A stretch of 64,000 nucleotides of DNA from an uncultured bacterium (GCA_963786935.1 CAWBAN010000001.1:1529490-1593489), one strand, 5' to 3'; positions 18,518 through 29,284 are shown, numbered from the stretch's first letter. Program-made: numbers and translations. The notes: a model not told the origin generated them from the letters alone.

Positions 18518-19263
18518 CGCGACAACCTCACGAACGCCTCGACCTTCGCCAGAATGGAATCGTTGATCTCGCGATGGCAGTCCACGGCGAGCCCCCGGTG
18601 CCGCTCGGCGAGATAGTGCGCGAGATCCTGCTTCGCGCAGAAGCTCTGGGTGAAGAACACCGTGGGAACGCCGTCGTCGACGGCGCACTCGAGCTCGACG
18701 TCGGACGGCCGCCCCGCCTCGACGCACCGCGTCCACCCGTACACGTGCGTCGTCTCCGGAAAGAGGGCGAGGATGCGGAAATCGTGCGGCGGCACGCCCC
18801 AGAAGCCGTGCGTCGGCGCGCAGGGGGCGGGCGCCGGGGACGGCGGCGACGGATCGACGACCGTCGCCATGATGCGGTCGATCTTCTCGCTCAGGGGCAT
18901 CCGGGCGCGGCACCAGACGAGCGGCCGGTCCTCGAACTCCTCGACCGGAAAGCGCGACTCGATCACGGTGAACCCCATCGTGCGCAGGAGGAACGCCGCG
19001 TGCCTCCCCCGGTCGCACTTGTCCTCCCCGACGGCGGCGACGATCGCGGCGAGCGAGCCCCCGAGGCGCACCGCGTTGTCCACGATGTTCGCGACGATCC
19101 GGCACGTCGTCGCGGGCAGGATTCCGGCGTCGGGGGATCGCCGGTCGACGTCGAGATCCACGAGCGGCAGCTCCGGGCCGAACCGCTCGCGCGCCTCGCG
19201 CAGCGTCCGGCGACGCGGGAAGCCGAAGTAGCCGATGACCGTTTCTGCGGGGGATTGTTTCAT
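18514..19263 (-). CDS. Cys-rich protein resembling a truncated 2-hydroxyacyl-CoA dehydratase subunit
   Basis: 'TTCRIV', 'EDKCD.GR', 'WTRC', 'FTQSFCAK'; ATGA-coupled to the activase. Confidence 0.55.
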   Translation of the reverse strand: MKQSPAETVIGYFGFPRRRTLREARERFGPELPLVDLDVDRRSPDAGILPATTCRIVANIVDNAVRLGGSLAAIVAAVGEDKCDRGRHAAFLLRTMGFTVIESRFPVEEFEDRPLVWCRARMPLSEKIDRIMATVVDPSPPSPAPAPCAPTHGFWGVPPHDFRILALFPETTHVYGWTRCVEAGRPSDVELECAVDDGVPTVFFTQSFCAKQDLAHYLAERHRGLAVDCHREINDSILAKVEAFVRLSR

Positions 19264-19329
19264 CGTGATGTTCGACGGAAGGGCGAATCGCGCGGCGCGC
19301 CGCGGGTCACAGGACGCGGGAGCCGACGC

Positions 19330-19800
19330 TCACTCCGCGTCCTCGCCGTTCTCGACGCGCGCGATCGCGTCGACGACGTCCTGCGGCTTCTTGGCGTCGA
19401 CCAGCTTCTTCCGGAATTTGTCGAGCTTGATCATCTTGACGATCTTGGCGATCGCCTGCACGTGGGGACCCGATTCGGAAGTCGGCGCGACCATGAGGAA
19501 AAAGAGATGGGAGGGCTTCCCGTCCTGCGCGGCGAAATCGACGCCGGCGCGCGAAACGCCGATGACGATGCTGAGGCTCTTCACCGCGTCGCACTTCGCG
19601 TGGGGAATCGCCACGCCCTTCTCGAGCCCGGTCGATCCCTCGCGCTCCCGGCTCATCACGGCCTCGTATACCGCGTCGGGATCCGAGACGTCGCTCGTTT
19701 CCACGAGAAGCGACACGAGCTCCTCGATGATCTCTTCCTTGCTGTCCGCCTCGAGATTGATCTTCACGTGAGCGGGCGTTATGAAATCGATAAGCTTCAT
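19330..19800 (-). CDS. PTS IIA (fructose/nitrogen-type) domain protein
   Basis: 'REREGSTGLEKGVAIPHAK' phospho-His motif, 'DFAAQDGKP..LFF'. Confidence 0.9.
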   Translation of the reverse strand: MKLIDFITPAHVKINLEADSKEEIIEELVSLLVETSDVSDPDAVYEAVMSREREGSTGLEKGVAIPHAKCDAVKSLSIVIGVSRAGVDFAAQDGKPSHLFFLMVAPTSESGPHVQAIAKIVKMIKLDKFRKKLVDAKKPQDVVDAIARVENGEDAE

Positions 19801-19918
19801 TGCTCGTTGCCTCCTCGGGAGCCGTTCGCGCCGGCGCCCCGACATTCACGGAACATAATCAACGCCGTGTCCGCGCGCAAGGCTCCTGTTGCCGCCGCGC
19901 GGGGACGCCCGAATCCCT

Positions 19919-20413
19919 TCAAATCGACTCGTACAGCTTGTCGACCTTGTGCTTGTTCCGCACGACGAGAACGGGGCAACTTACCCGCCGCAGGATCCGC
20001 TCCCCCTCCTCGTAGAAGGAGTCGCGGAGGCTCAGCACTTCCCCGAGCTCCCCCTGGATGAGCAGGTCGCAGTCGCTCGCGGTGACCTCGCGGGCGACCT
20101 CCTCGTGGACGACGCCCTTGCGGAGAATCGTCTCGACCTTGACGCCCTTCCTCTCGGCGAGCTTCACGATGTAGTTGAGCTTGCGCTTCCCGTCCTCCTC
20201 GAGGTCCCGCTCGTAATCCATCTTCTCCATCTGCACGAAAACCTTCGCGCCGAGGAGCTCGCTCAGGAGATTGTCGTTCACGACGTAGATGACCTTGAAG
20301 TGCGAGCCGTGCGCTTTCGAGAGAGCGATGGCGAACAGCGCGGCCGTGATCGACGATTCGCTTCCGTCGATGTACAGCAGGATCTTGCCGAAGGGATTCG
20401 CCGTACCGGTCAT
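19919..20413 (-). CDS. Universal stress protein
   Basis: 'ILLYIDGSESS', 'CDLLIQG', 'RRVSCPVLVVR'; overlaps the V-ATPase D stop (ATGA). Confidence 0.88.
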   Translation of the reverse strand: MTGTANPFGKILLYIDGSESSITAALFAIALSKAHGSHFKVIYVVNDNLLSELLGAKVFVQMEKMDYERDLEEDGKRKLNYIVKLAERKGVKVETILRKGVVHEEVAREVTASDCDLLIQGELGEVLSLRDSFYEEGERILRRVSCPVLVVRNKHKVDKLYESI

Positions 20414-21048
20414 GGAGCAGCCTCTTTCCTCTTCTGAAGGTGATTCTTGATCATCTTGTTGATGAAGAACGCCTCCCGGTCCATTTCCTCGAGAGACTGT
20501 ACGATATATCGAAGCGTATCCTCGTAATCGGGAATGAATACCTTCTCGAGCGCGTTGACGCGGCGGATCGTTTTCGCCACCTCGCGCGACAGGCGCATGA
20601 GCGAAATACGGGCTTCGGCGAGGGCGCCGATGAGCTTGAGGACTTCCCGGAAGCGGACGTTCGCCTCCGAGAGCCAGATGCTGCTCTCGACGGCCACCAC
20701 GTACGGCGACTTGTCGTCGAAATCGACGCGGACCTTCGGGATCGACACGCCCATCACGCGCCTCTCGGAGAACTTGATATCGGAACGGATATGAATCCCC
20801 ATGGAGACGAGCGTCAGCTCGCGGCGGCCGATCCGGAGCATCGCCTGATCGAGCGCCTTATAGGCGACGGCGAGCCGTTCCTCGACCCGCTCCTGCGTCT
20901 CGACGGCGCGGTCGATGAGCCCCATGAGCTCGACGACGAGAATCTTGCGCTTCTGGTCGAGGAGCTCCCAGCCCTCGTTGGCGAAGCCGAGATCGCGCTT
21001 CACCTTCATGAGGTTGGTCTTGGTCGGGGCTATTTCGTATCGCGCCAT
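20410..21048 (-). CDS. ntpD: V/A-type ATPase subunit D
   Basis: 'PTKTNL', 'LLDQKR', '[11 protein letters not shown]', 'LEEMDRE'. Confidence 0.93.
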   Translation of the reverse strand: MARYEIAPTKTNLMKVKRDLGFANEGWELLDQKRKILVVELMGLIDRAVETQERVEERLAVAYKALDQAMLRIGRRELTLVSMGIHIRSDIKFSERRVMGVSIPKVRVDFDDKSPYVVAVESSIWLSEANVRFREVLKLIGALAEARISLMRLSREVAKTIRRVNALEKVFIPDYEDTLRYIVQSLEEMDREAFFINKMIKNHLQKRKEAAP

Positions 21049-21051
21049 ACG

Positions 21052-22463
21052 CTATTTCCCGTAGTATTTGTTGAGCTCTTCCTCGGAGATCCGGTGCAGC
21101 TCCTCCTTCGGCAGGTAGGAGATCACCTTCCATCCGATGTCGAGCGTCTGTTCGATGGTCCGGTCCTCGTATTCCCCCTGGCTCAGGAACTCGCGCTCGA
21201 AGCGGTTGCCGAAATCGAGGTACGTTGTTGTCGAGCGGCGTGAGCTCCTCCTCGCCGATGACGGCGGCGAGCGCCCGCACGTCCTTCACGTGCGAGTACG
21301 CCGCGAAGAGCTGGCTCGCGACGTGCGCGTGGTCGCCGCGGGTCATCCCCTCGCCGATCCCGTCCTTCATGAGCCGGGAGAGCGAGGGCAGCCCCGCGAT
21401 CGGCGGGTAGATGTCCCGCTGGTCGAGCTCGCGCTCGAGCACGATCTGCCCCTCGGTGATGTAGCCCGAGAGGTCGGGGACGGGATGGGATATGTCGTCG
21501 TTCGGCATCGTGAGGATGGGCATCTGGGTGATCGATCCCGTGTAGCCCTTCACCATCCCGGCGCGCTCGTAGATGCTCGAGAGGTCGCTGTAGAGGTAGC
21601 CGGGATATCCCTTGCGGCGTCGGGATCTCCTCGCGGACCGTCGAGATCTCGCGGAGCGACTCGCAGTAGTTCGACATGTCGGTGAGGATGACGAGCACGT
21701 GCATGTTCTCGCGGAACGCGAGGTATTCCGCCGCCGTGAGCGCCACGCGCGGCGTCACGATACGCTCGACCGACGGATCGTCGGCGAGGTTCAGGAAGAA
21801 CACCACCTTCTCGAGCACGCCCGACGCCTCGAAGTTGCTCACGAAATAGCGCGCGACGTCGTGCTTGATCCCCATCGCCGCGAAGACGATCGCGAACTGC
21901 ACGTTCTCGCCGGTGATCTTCGCCTGCCGCGTGATCTGCGCGGCGATCTTGTTGTGCGGGAGCCCCGTGCCGGAGAAGATCGGGAGCTTCTGCCCGCGCA
22001 CGAGGGCGTTCATGCCGTCGATCGCCGAGATGCCGGTCTGGATGCACTTGCGCGGATACTCGCGGGCGGTCGGGTTGATCGGGAGCCCGTTGACGTCGAC
22101 CATCTCCTCGATCATCGGCGGAGGCCCGCCGTCGATCGGCGCTCCGAGACCGTCGAAGACGCGGCCGAGGATCTCTTTCCCCACGCCGAACGTCAGCGGC
22201 TCCCCCCGGAAGCGCACGCGGGTGTCGGGGATCGAGAGCCCCGAGGTCCCCTCGAAGACCTGGATCACCGCGGCTCCGTCGCTCGCTTCGAGCACCATGC
22301 CGAGGCGCACGTGCCCCTTGGAATCGACGATTTCGGCGAGCTCGTTGTACCCGACGTTGTGGATTCCCTTGACGAAGACGAGGGGGCCGTTCACCTGGGC
22401 GATGCCGATGTACTCTCTCCCCTCCGCGAGCTTCTTTTCCATCATACCGTCACCGTTTCTCAT
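21052..22463 (-). CDS. ntpB: V/A-type ATPase subunit B (apparent frameshifts near 21615 and 21220)
   Basis: 'IQTGISAID', 'GQKLPIFSG', 'LTDMSNYCE', '[21 protein letters not shown]' spread over three frames. Confidence 0.9.
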
Positions 22464-24232
22464 TCGAACATCTCCGCGACCTGCTGCATGGACTTGTGCA
22501 GCTTCTCACGTATCTCGTCTATCTTCCCGATCTCGTCGTTCGAGACCGCGAACTTCATTCTCATGATGTCGGAGTGGACCTCGAGCTTCTTGATCTGATG
22601 GATGCTCGCGCCCTTCTTGATGTTCTCGAGCCCGAGCTTGTAGAAATCGAGAATCACGCGGAGCATCTTGATCTGCTTTTCCGGCGTGCAGTACATGTCG
22701 ACCTTGTCGTAGCGTTCTGCTGGAGAAAGGCGTTCTTGAACATCTCGCACGTCTCGAGCACGATGCGCTGCGTGTCGGGGAGCACGTCGGGACCGACGAG
22801 CTTCACCACCTGCTGAAGCTTCCCCTCCTGCTGGAGGAGATCCATGATCGCGGTGCCGCAGGTCCATCCACTCGCCGCCCGAGTGCTCCTGCCACCAGTC
22901 GGCGATCGTCGTCGACGTACTCGCTGTAGCTGTCGAGCCACGAGATGGCGGGGTAGTGGCGCGCGTTGGCGAGCTGGCGGTCGAGCGCCCAGAGGCACCG
23001 GACGAACCGCTTCGTGTGCTGCGTCACGGGCTCGGAGAAATCGCCGCCGGGGGGAGAGACCGCGCCGACGATGCTGATCGAGCCCTCTCCCCCGAGAGCG
23101 TCTGGAACATCCCCGCGCGCTCGTAGAATTCGGCGAGCCGCGTCGGGAGATAGGCGGGGAAGCCCTCGTCGGCCGGCATCTCCTCCATGCGCCCGGAGAG
23201 CTCGCGGAGCGCCTCCGCCCAGCGGGAGGTCGAATCGGCCATGATGGCCACGTGGTATCCCTGATCGCGATAGTACTCGGCGAGCGTGATCCCCGTGTAG
23301 ATCGAGGCCTCGCGCGCCGCGACCGGCATGTTCGAAGTGTTGGCGATCAGGATCGTGCGCTCCATGAGGGGGCGTTTCGTCCGCGGATCGATCAGCTCGG
23401 GGAAGCTCATGAGCACGTCGGTCATCTCGTTCCCGCGCTCGCCGCAGCCGATGTAGACGATGATATCGGCGTCGCACCATTTCGCGAGCGCGTGCTGGAT
23501 CATCGTTTTGCCCGTGCCGAAGCCGCCGGGCACGACGACGGTGCCGCCCTTCGCCTGCGGGAACAGGGTGTCGATGACGCGCTGCCCCGTGATGAGCGGG
23601 AGCCTGAGCGGCAGCCGCCCTTTCGACGGCCGCGCCTTCCGCACCGGCCACTGGTGGAAGAGACGCACCTCGGTCTCTTTTCCCGAGGCGCCGGCGACGC
23701 GGAGCACGACCTCGTCGATCGTGTAGGAACCCGCCTTCGCCGCCCACGTGACCTTCCCCTTGACGTCGGGAGGCACGAGGACGCGGTGCTCCATGAGCAC
23801 CGTCTCCTGGAGCTTCCCGACGAACTCTCCACCCTCGACCCGCGCGCCGGCTTCGAGAATCGGCGTGAACTCCCATTTCTTTTCGCGGTCGAGCGACGTG
23901 ATATGGATGCCCTTCTGGATATACACGCTCCCCGAGCTGTCGCGGATGACTTCGAGCGGCCGCTGGATGCCGTCGTAGATCGTGCCGAGGAGTCCGGGGC
24001 CGAGCTCCACCGACAGCGGCAGCCCCGCGCTGTAGACGTTCGATCCCGGCGCGAGCCCCGTCGTGTCCTCGTACACCTGGATGGCCGCGTGCTCCCCCTC
24101 GAGCTTCACGATCTCGCCGACGAGGTGATCCTCGCCCACCTCGACGAGATCGAGCATCTTCGCGCTGGCGACGCCCCTCGCGTGCACCACGGGTCCGACG
24201 ATTTTGTGTACCTTTCCAATGATCTCAAGCAC
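22460..24232 (-). CDS. ntpA: V/A-type ATPase subunit A (about four apparent frameshifts, 22700-23100)
   Basis: Walker A 'GGFGTGKT', 'GCGERGNE', '[13 protein letters not shown]', '[13 protein letters not shown]'. Confidence 0.92.
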
Positions 24233-24295
24233 CGCAGGATTCCTCTTTCTTGACGTCTTCGCCTTCTGCGTTCGGCCCGATTGGCGGCCGTTCGA

Positions 24296-24943
24296 TTATT
24301 CGATCGTATCCTCCGAGGAGAATATTCCGCGGAATATGACCGCTCTGATATCGTCTCTGAACCGGTACATGCGCGATTCGAACGTATTGTCGTAGAGAAC
24401 GTTCCCGCCCGGCACGCCGACCTGCACGCCTCCCGCCGTCGAGCCGGCGAGCGGCTTCGCCTCGAGCCGCTTCACGGCGCGCCCCTCCCCCTTCATGATC
24501 TCCCTCGCCGCCGGAAACGCCGCGGACTCGAGCAGCCCCAGATCGCGCGCGTCGGCGTACACGACGAACTCGTCGCCGTCGAGGGCGCGGAGCGCCTCGG
24601 CGATGAGCCCGGCGAGCACCTTCGGATAGTCCGAGCGCTTCCGCACCGCGTCGATCTCCGCCTGCACCGCGCTCATCACCGCCGTCACGACTTCCTCGCG
24701 GGCCTTGAGCCTGATGCGCCGCACATCGAGGCTCACGCTCGAGAGGGCGCGCTTCTTCGCGAGCTCCCCCTTCTCGACGGCCTCCTCGACGATCCGCTCG
24801 CCGATTTTCCGCGCCTCGTCCTCCGCCTTCGCCGTGATCTCGGCGGCGGTGCGCCGGGCCTTGTCGAGGATCGAGCTCACTTCCTTCGCTCCGTCTTCCC
24901 TGATCTGGTCGCGGATCTTCTCGACGGAATCCTTTTCAGCCAA
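24296..24943 (-). CDS. ntpE: V/A-type ATPase subunit E
   Basis: Coiled-coil N-terminus, 'AGGV', 'YDNTFESR'; operon position. Confidence 0.85.
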   Translation of the reverse strand: MAEKDSVEKIRDQIREDGAKEVSSILDKARRTAAEITAKAEDEARKIGERIVEEAVEKGELAKKRALSSVSLDVRRIRLKAREEVVTAVMSAVQAEIDAVRKRSDYPKVLAGLIAEALRALDGDEFVVYADARDLGLLESAAFPAAREIMKGEGRAVKRLEAKPLAGSTAGGVQVGVPGGNVLYDNTFESRMYRFRDDIRAVIFRGIFSSEDTIE

Positions 24944-24975
24944 CGTTCCTGCTCCCTTGCATGTTCGACACGCCG

Positions 24976-25281
24976 TCAGACATTGATCCCGACCGCCGAG
25001 CGCACGAGCTGCCGGATGGACACGCGGCCCTCCATCGGACCCGTCCGGTCGGGAATCTCGATGACGAGCGGGAATGTCCGCCCGAACACGTACGTTTCCA
25101 TCTCCGCGCGCAGCTGCGCCGCGATCTTCTCGGTCACGATGATGATCCCGAGGTCCGGGGACGAGAAGGCCTTCGCGAGCGCCTCCCGCGCTTCGTCCGC
25201 CGTTTCGACGACCTCTCCCTCGACTCCCGCGAGGCCGAAACCCGTCACCGTGCTCTCATCGCCGATCACATAGAATTGCAT
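24976..25281 (-). CDS. ntpF: V/A-type ATPase subunit F
   Basis: 'VIGDESTVTGFGLAGV', 'PLVIEIP', 'RSAVGINV'. Confidence 0.9.
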   Translation of the reverse strand: MQFYVIGDESTVTGFGLAGVEGEVVETADEAREALAKAFSSPDLGIIIVTEKIAAQLRAEMETYVFGRTFPLVIEIPDRTGPMEGRVSIRQLVRSAVGINV

Positions 25282-25290
25282 TCACGAACC

Positions 25291-25716
25291 TCATATTCTC
25301 GTCAGAATCATGATGGCGATAATGAGACCGTAAATCGCGATTCCTTCCGCGAGACCGACGTAGATGAGCGCCCGGCCGGTGAGCTCGGGCTTTTCGCCGA
25401 TGACGCCGAGCGCCGCCGAGCCGACGTACGCCACGGCGATACCCGCGCCGAGGCATCCGAATCCCGTCGCGAGCGCCGCCGCGAGGAATCCCCACCCCGT
25501 CACGGACGTCTGCGCCGGCGCGCTCTTCGCGGGCTCCGCGCTCGTCACCTGCGCGGCCGCGGTCTCGGTGCGCGTGGCGCTCCCCTGCCCGTGGACGGAC
25601 GATACCGCGCTCGCCAGGTTGATGAGGAACACGAGAAACACCGTGACGAAAACCGCGGCGGACGACAGGGTGATGAATCTCTTCATCCGCTTCCTGCGCA
25701 ATTCCTGCTCGGACAT
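25291..25716 (-). CDS. ntpK: V/A-type ATPase proteolipid subunit K/c with N-terminal extension
   Basis: 'GAGIAV', 'EKPE', 'GLAEGIAIYGL' carrying the ion-binding Glu. Confidence 0.9.
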   Translation of the reverse strand: MSEQELRRKRMKRFITLSSAAVFVTVFLVFLINLASAVSSVHGQGSATRTETAAAQVTSAEPAKSAPAQTSVTGWGFLAAALATGFGCLGAGIAVAYVGSAALGVIGEKPELTGRALIYVGLAEGIAIYGLIIAIMILTRI

Positions 25717-25727
25717 GCCTGCTCCTT

Positions 25728-27716
25728 TCATTCTTCCCGGCTCAGCTTCGCGCTGAGGCCGAGCGGTTTGTACGCGACTCCTCCGCTGACAAAGAACTTT
25801 CCGAAGAACTCGTAGTACTCGAGACGGATCGCCTGAATCGAAACGATGAGCCCCTCGAGCGCGATGATCCCGACGTTGCCGAGCACGTGGATGATCCCCG
25901 CGTAGATCACCCCGCCGCTCGCGCCCTTGACCATCTCCGCGAGGCTGAAGACCGCGATGAAGAGGCCGACGTGGGCGAGCGAGAATGCGGCCACACGGAT
26001 AAAGGACACGGTGTTCGCGAGGTATCCCGTGAATATCTCCACGATCTCGATGAGCGATTCGAAGATGTACATGCCGATCCCGCCCTCGAAATGCACCTTC
26101 CGGCGCGTCACGACGGCGATGATCGGCTCCTTGAAGAAGATGGCGAGGACCGGGAGCCCCACCGCGAAGAGGAGGAGCTTGAGCGGAATGGGCTCGTTCG
26201 ACAGGAACACGGACACCGCCACGATGCCCGCCCAGTACATGATCGCGACGAGCAGCCCCGCGTGATCGAAGACGAGGCCCTTGAAATTCCTCGTCCGGAT
26301 CGAGTTGATCATGTTGAACGCGATGCCGAGCATGATGACGCCGATGCCGTAGTAGATCGCGACCTTGAAGAAATACATGACGTTGTTCATCGGCTTGAGC
26401 CACAGGTGCGGGATCGTATTCTCGAGGCCGAAGAGGCTCCCGAAGAGGAACCCGAAGACGATCGACGAGGCGCCGCAGTACATCCCGAGCCGCCCGAAGA
26501 GCGCCATCGCGCTCGTCTTGTCCCCCGCGCGGCGGTAGAGGAGCAAGCCGATCGTGACGAGCACGGCGCCGTGCCCGACGTCGCCGAACATGATGCCGAA
26601 CATGAAGAGGAAGGTGATCGCCATGAAGAGCGTCGGGTCGATGACCTTGTAATCGGGCAGCCCGTAGCTCGACAGCAGCATCTCGAACGGCTTGAAGAAG
26701 GCCGGATGCTTGAGCAGCACCGGAACTTTGACGCGACCCGCCTGAACGCCGGCGATCTCCTCGGGGGCGTGCACTTCGATGATCGCCCGTCCCTTCGCGG
26801 CGGTCATGATCTCCCGCTCGACGAGCCTGCGCTTGTCGGCGGGGATCCAGCCGGAGAATATGAACGTCTTCTTCGTCCGCTTGAGAAAGTTCTTGAACTT
26901 GAGCAGGAGCGCGGCCACGCGGAGCGAGCGGTAGTACTCGGTGATCTTCGAGACGTTCCCGTCGCGCGCCGCGACGATGTCCTCGCCGACGGCGCGGAGA
27001 TCCTCCCTGAGCGATTCGAGCTGCTTTTCGAGCTCGCCCTCGACCTCGGGCACCTCTTTCCTCGATTCGCTCGCGATCTCGATCTCTTCGAACGAAGCCT
27101 CGGTGAGGATGCGCTTGAGCTTGAGCCGGTCGCTCTTGAGCCCGATGACGACGACGATGTCGTTCTTTCCCCGCTTGGCGGCGGTGAACGCGACGGCCGC
27201 GAGCGGCGCGATCTTCTCCTTGATGGTCTCGAAGTTCTCGGCGCGGACCTCGCCGTAATGGATCTCGAGGAACGAGTACGGGGTCTTCCGGACCGGAAGC
27301 CCGAGCTCGAGGAGCGGCGACACCTCGCTCGCGATCGCCTCCATGCGCTCGAGCTTCTTCCTGATCTCCGCCCGCCGTCCGAGCGACGGCTGCAGCGAGA
27401 CCTCGAGGGAGGAGACGAAGCGGTCGATCTCGGCGAGATCGCCCATCGATATGTCGGGAATATTCTCCGGGGGCCGCAGCGACGAATCGTCGATGCCGAG
27501 ATCCTTCATGAGCACGGCGATCCGGTTCCGGAGGATCTCGATCCTGCCGCGCGCCTCGGCCGCCTCGAAGTTCCGCAGGTTCTCGGCCCACGGCTCCTGA
27601 TCGTCGAGCTGCACGAGATGAAGGATATTGAGGCGCACGATCGCCGCGGCGACCTCGTCGAGCTCGCTCTCGAACACGAGGACGTTGATCTGATCCATGC
27701 GCTCCGGCAGAAACAT
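25728..27716 (-). CDS. ntpI: V/A-type ATPase subunit I/a
   Basis: 'YGLPDY..IDPT', 'FGIMFGDVGHG', 'NTVSFIR', 'QAIRLEYYEFFGKF'. Confidence 0.93.
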   Translation of the reverse strand: MFLPERMDQINVLVFESELDEVAAAIVRLNILHLVQLDDQEPWAENLRNFEAAEARGRIEILRNRIAVLMKDLGIDDSSLRPPENIPDISMGDLAEIDRFVSSLEVSLQPSLGRRAEIRKKLERMEAIASEVSPLLELGLPVRKTPYSFLEIHYGEVRAENFETIKEKIAPLAAVAFTAAKRGKNDIVVVIGLKSDRLKLKRILTEASFEEIEIASESRKEVPEVEGELEKQLESLREDLRAVGEDIVAARDGNVSKITEYYRSLRVAALLLKFKNFLKRTKKTFIFSGWIPADKRRLVEREIMTAAKGRAIIEVHAPEEIAGVQAGRVKVPVLLKHPAFFKPFEMLLSSYGLPDYKVIDPTLFMAITFLFMFGIMFGDVGHGAVLVTIGLLLYRRAGDKTSAMALFGRLGMYCGASSIVFGFLFGSLFGLENTIPHLWLKPMNNVMYFFKVAIYYGIGVIMLGIAFNMINSIRTRNFKGLVFDHAGLLVAIMYWAGIVAVSVFLSNEPIPLKLLLFAVGLPVLAIFFKEPIIAVVTRRKVHFEGGIGMYIFESLIEIVEIFTGYLANTVSFIRVAAFSLAHVGLFIAVFSLAEMVKGASGGVIYAGIIHVLGNVGIIALEGLIVSIQAIRLEYYEFFGKFFVSGGVAYKPLGLSAKLSREE

Positions 27717-27727
27717 GGAGCCGTCCT

Positions 27728-28789
27728 TCAGAACGCCGCCCGAAGATGCCCTTCGATATCGGCCTTTTCGAGCTTGAGAACCTTCCCGTTCAGAATCGTG
27801 GTGAGATTCATGATCTCGGTGCGCTTCAGGATCAGATACGAAAGCACCGTCCCGATCGTGAACGGAAAACCGCCGAACGTCTTCTTCGCCTCGTGGATCA
27901 GGTAATCCCAGAGTATGATCTCGAGGAGGAACAGCTTGCTCATTTCCTCCTCGCGCCGAACGATCTCGGCGGCGGGCTTGAACGTCCGCTCGAGCGCGAT
28001 CGAGAGAACGTCCTTGATCGAATCCGCCGCCAGCGCGTGCCGCAGGCGGTCGCTCGTCAGCCGGTACCCGCCCGGTATGTTGTAATCGCCGAGGTCGCCG
28101 GCCGGAATGTGATAGTAGAATTTGAGCCGGATGAGCCAGCTGATGTTCTTGATGTCGATCTCGAGGCCGAGGAGCCGCCGCGCGATGGGCTTATCGGCGC
28201 GCCCGAGCGCCTCGACCTTCGCCTTGATCCGCTTGTAGAAATCGAGCTCGAGCGCGATCTCCGTCGGGAACAGCGTCCCCCGCTGCTTGTACTCGTCGAG
28301 GCTCCCCCGCACCGGCATGAGGTACGGCGTCGCCGTGATATAGGCGAGCACGTCGTCGAGCGAGCGCGCTTCGGCGATCGACTGGTACGGGAGCGCGTGG
28401 GGAAGGTTCTTGCGGATGATGTACTTGAGGTCGTCCTTGCTCCGGTCCCCCTCGCGGATGCGGAGCGCCGCCTTGAAATTCTCGAGCTCGTACTTCTCGA
28501 GGAGCGCCGCGATGAGCGCCTTCTCGGGATCGCGCATATCCTTGATCAGCTCGGCGTGCCACTGCACTTCCTGCTCGACGAGGAGCCGTTCGGCCACCCG
28601 GGGGTCCAGCGCGACCTCGGGGCGGGCGAGAACGGGCTCGTACACCGTTCCCGCGAGCGTCGAGTAGAACTCGGACAGATCGCGCGCCGCGGCGCAGCGG
28701 GCAATCGTGTCGGGCGGAAGGAGCGCCGCGAGGCGCGACCTAATTTTCGCGTTGACGAGAGAGTACTTGCTGACCGGTCCGAGTATCAT
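27728..28789 (-). CDS. ntpC: V/A-type ATPase subunit C/d
   Basis: 'YSLVNAKIR', 'EIDIKNI', 'EIMNL'; operon position. Confidence 0.85.
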   Translation of the reverse strand: MILGPVSKYSLVNAKIRSRLAALLPPDTIARCAAARDLSEFYSTLAGTVYEPVLARPEVALDPRVAERLLVEQEVQWHAELIKDMRDPEKALIAALLEKYELENFKAALRIREGDRSKDDLKYIIRKNLPHALPYQSIAEARSLDDVLAYITATPYLMPVRGSLDEYKQRGTLFPTEIALELDFYKRIKAKVEALGRADKPIARRLLGLEIDIKNISWLIRLKFYYHIPAGDLGDYNIPGGYRLTSDRLRHALAADSIKDVLSIALERTFKPAAEIVRREEEMSKLFLLEIILWDYLIHEAKKTFGGFPFTIGTVLSYLILKRTEIMNLTTILNGKVLKLEKADIEGHLRAAF

Positions 28790-28838
28790 GGCGCCTCTTC
28801 CCGATGCATCGACTCGCGATGCCGCCTCCCTGAGATCC

Positions 28839-29174
28839 CTAGAGGAGCTTCCCCTGCTTCTGCTCGACGCCCAGGACGAGATCGGTGACGCGCCGGGCCG
28901 CCGCCTTGATCTCGGCGCTCTTCTTCTTGATGAGCTCCGTGCTCCCCCCCTGGGCCGCGGCGATCTGGCGCTGACGCTCCGCCTCGGCCTCCCCCTTCAA
29001 CAGATCCACTTTCTTCTGCGCTTCTTGCATCGACGTCTCGCGCACGCGCGCCTCGATCCGGCCGCTCGTGTCTTCCGCTTCGCGCACGATCCGTTGGGCG
29101 TCCGCATGCGCCTTCTCGATGCTTTCGCGAACCTCTTTCTCGGCCTCCAGGATCTTCTGGACTATCTCTTTCAC
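28839..29174 (-). CDS. V/A-type ATPase peripheral stalk subunit G/H
   Basis: Short charged coiled coil; first gene of the operon. Confidence 0.75.
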   Translation of the reverse strand: MKEIVQKILEAEKEVRESIEKAHADAQRIVREAEDTSGRIEARVRETSMQEAQKKVDLLKGEAEAERQRQIAAAQGGSTELIKKKSAEIKAAARRVTDLVLGVEQKQGKLL

Positions 29175-29231
29175 GTAATCTCTCCCGCTGATAGAAACCG
29201 GAGCATGAGGGCTATCTGGATATATTCAGGG

Positions 29232-29260
29232 AGTATATGAAAGAGGCGTGGCCGTGTCAA
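29232..29260 (-). promoter_or_regulatory. Sigma70 promoter of the V-ATPase operon
   Basis: Minus strand TTGACA-N17-TATACT. Confidence 0.7.
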
Positions 29261-29284
29261 CAAACGAAACTGCATACCCTGCAT

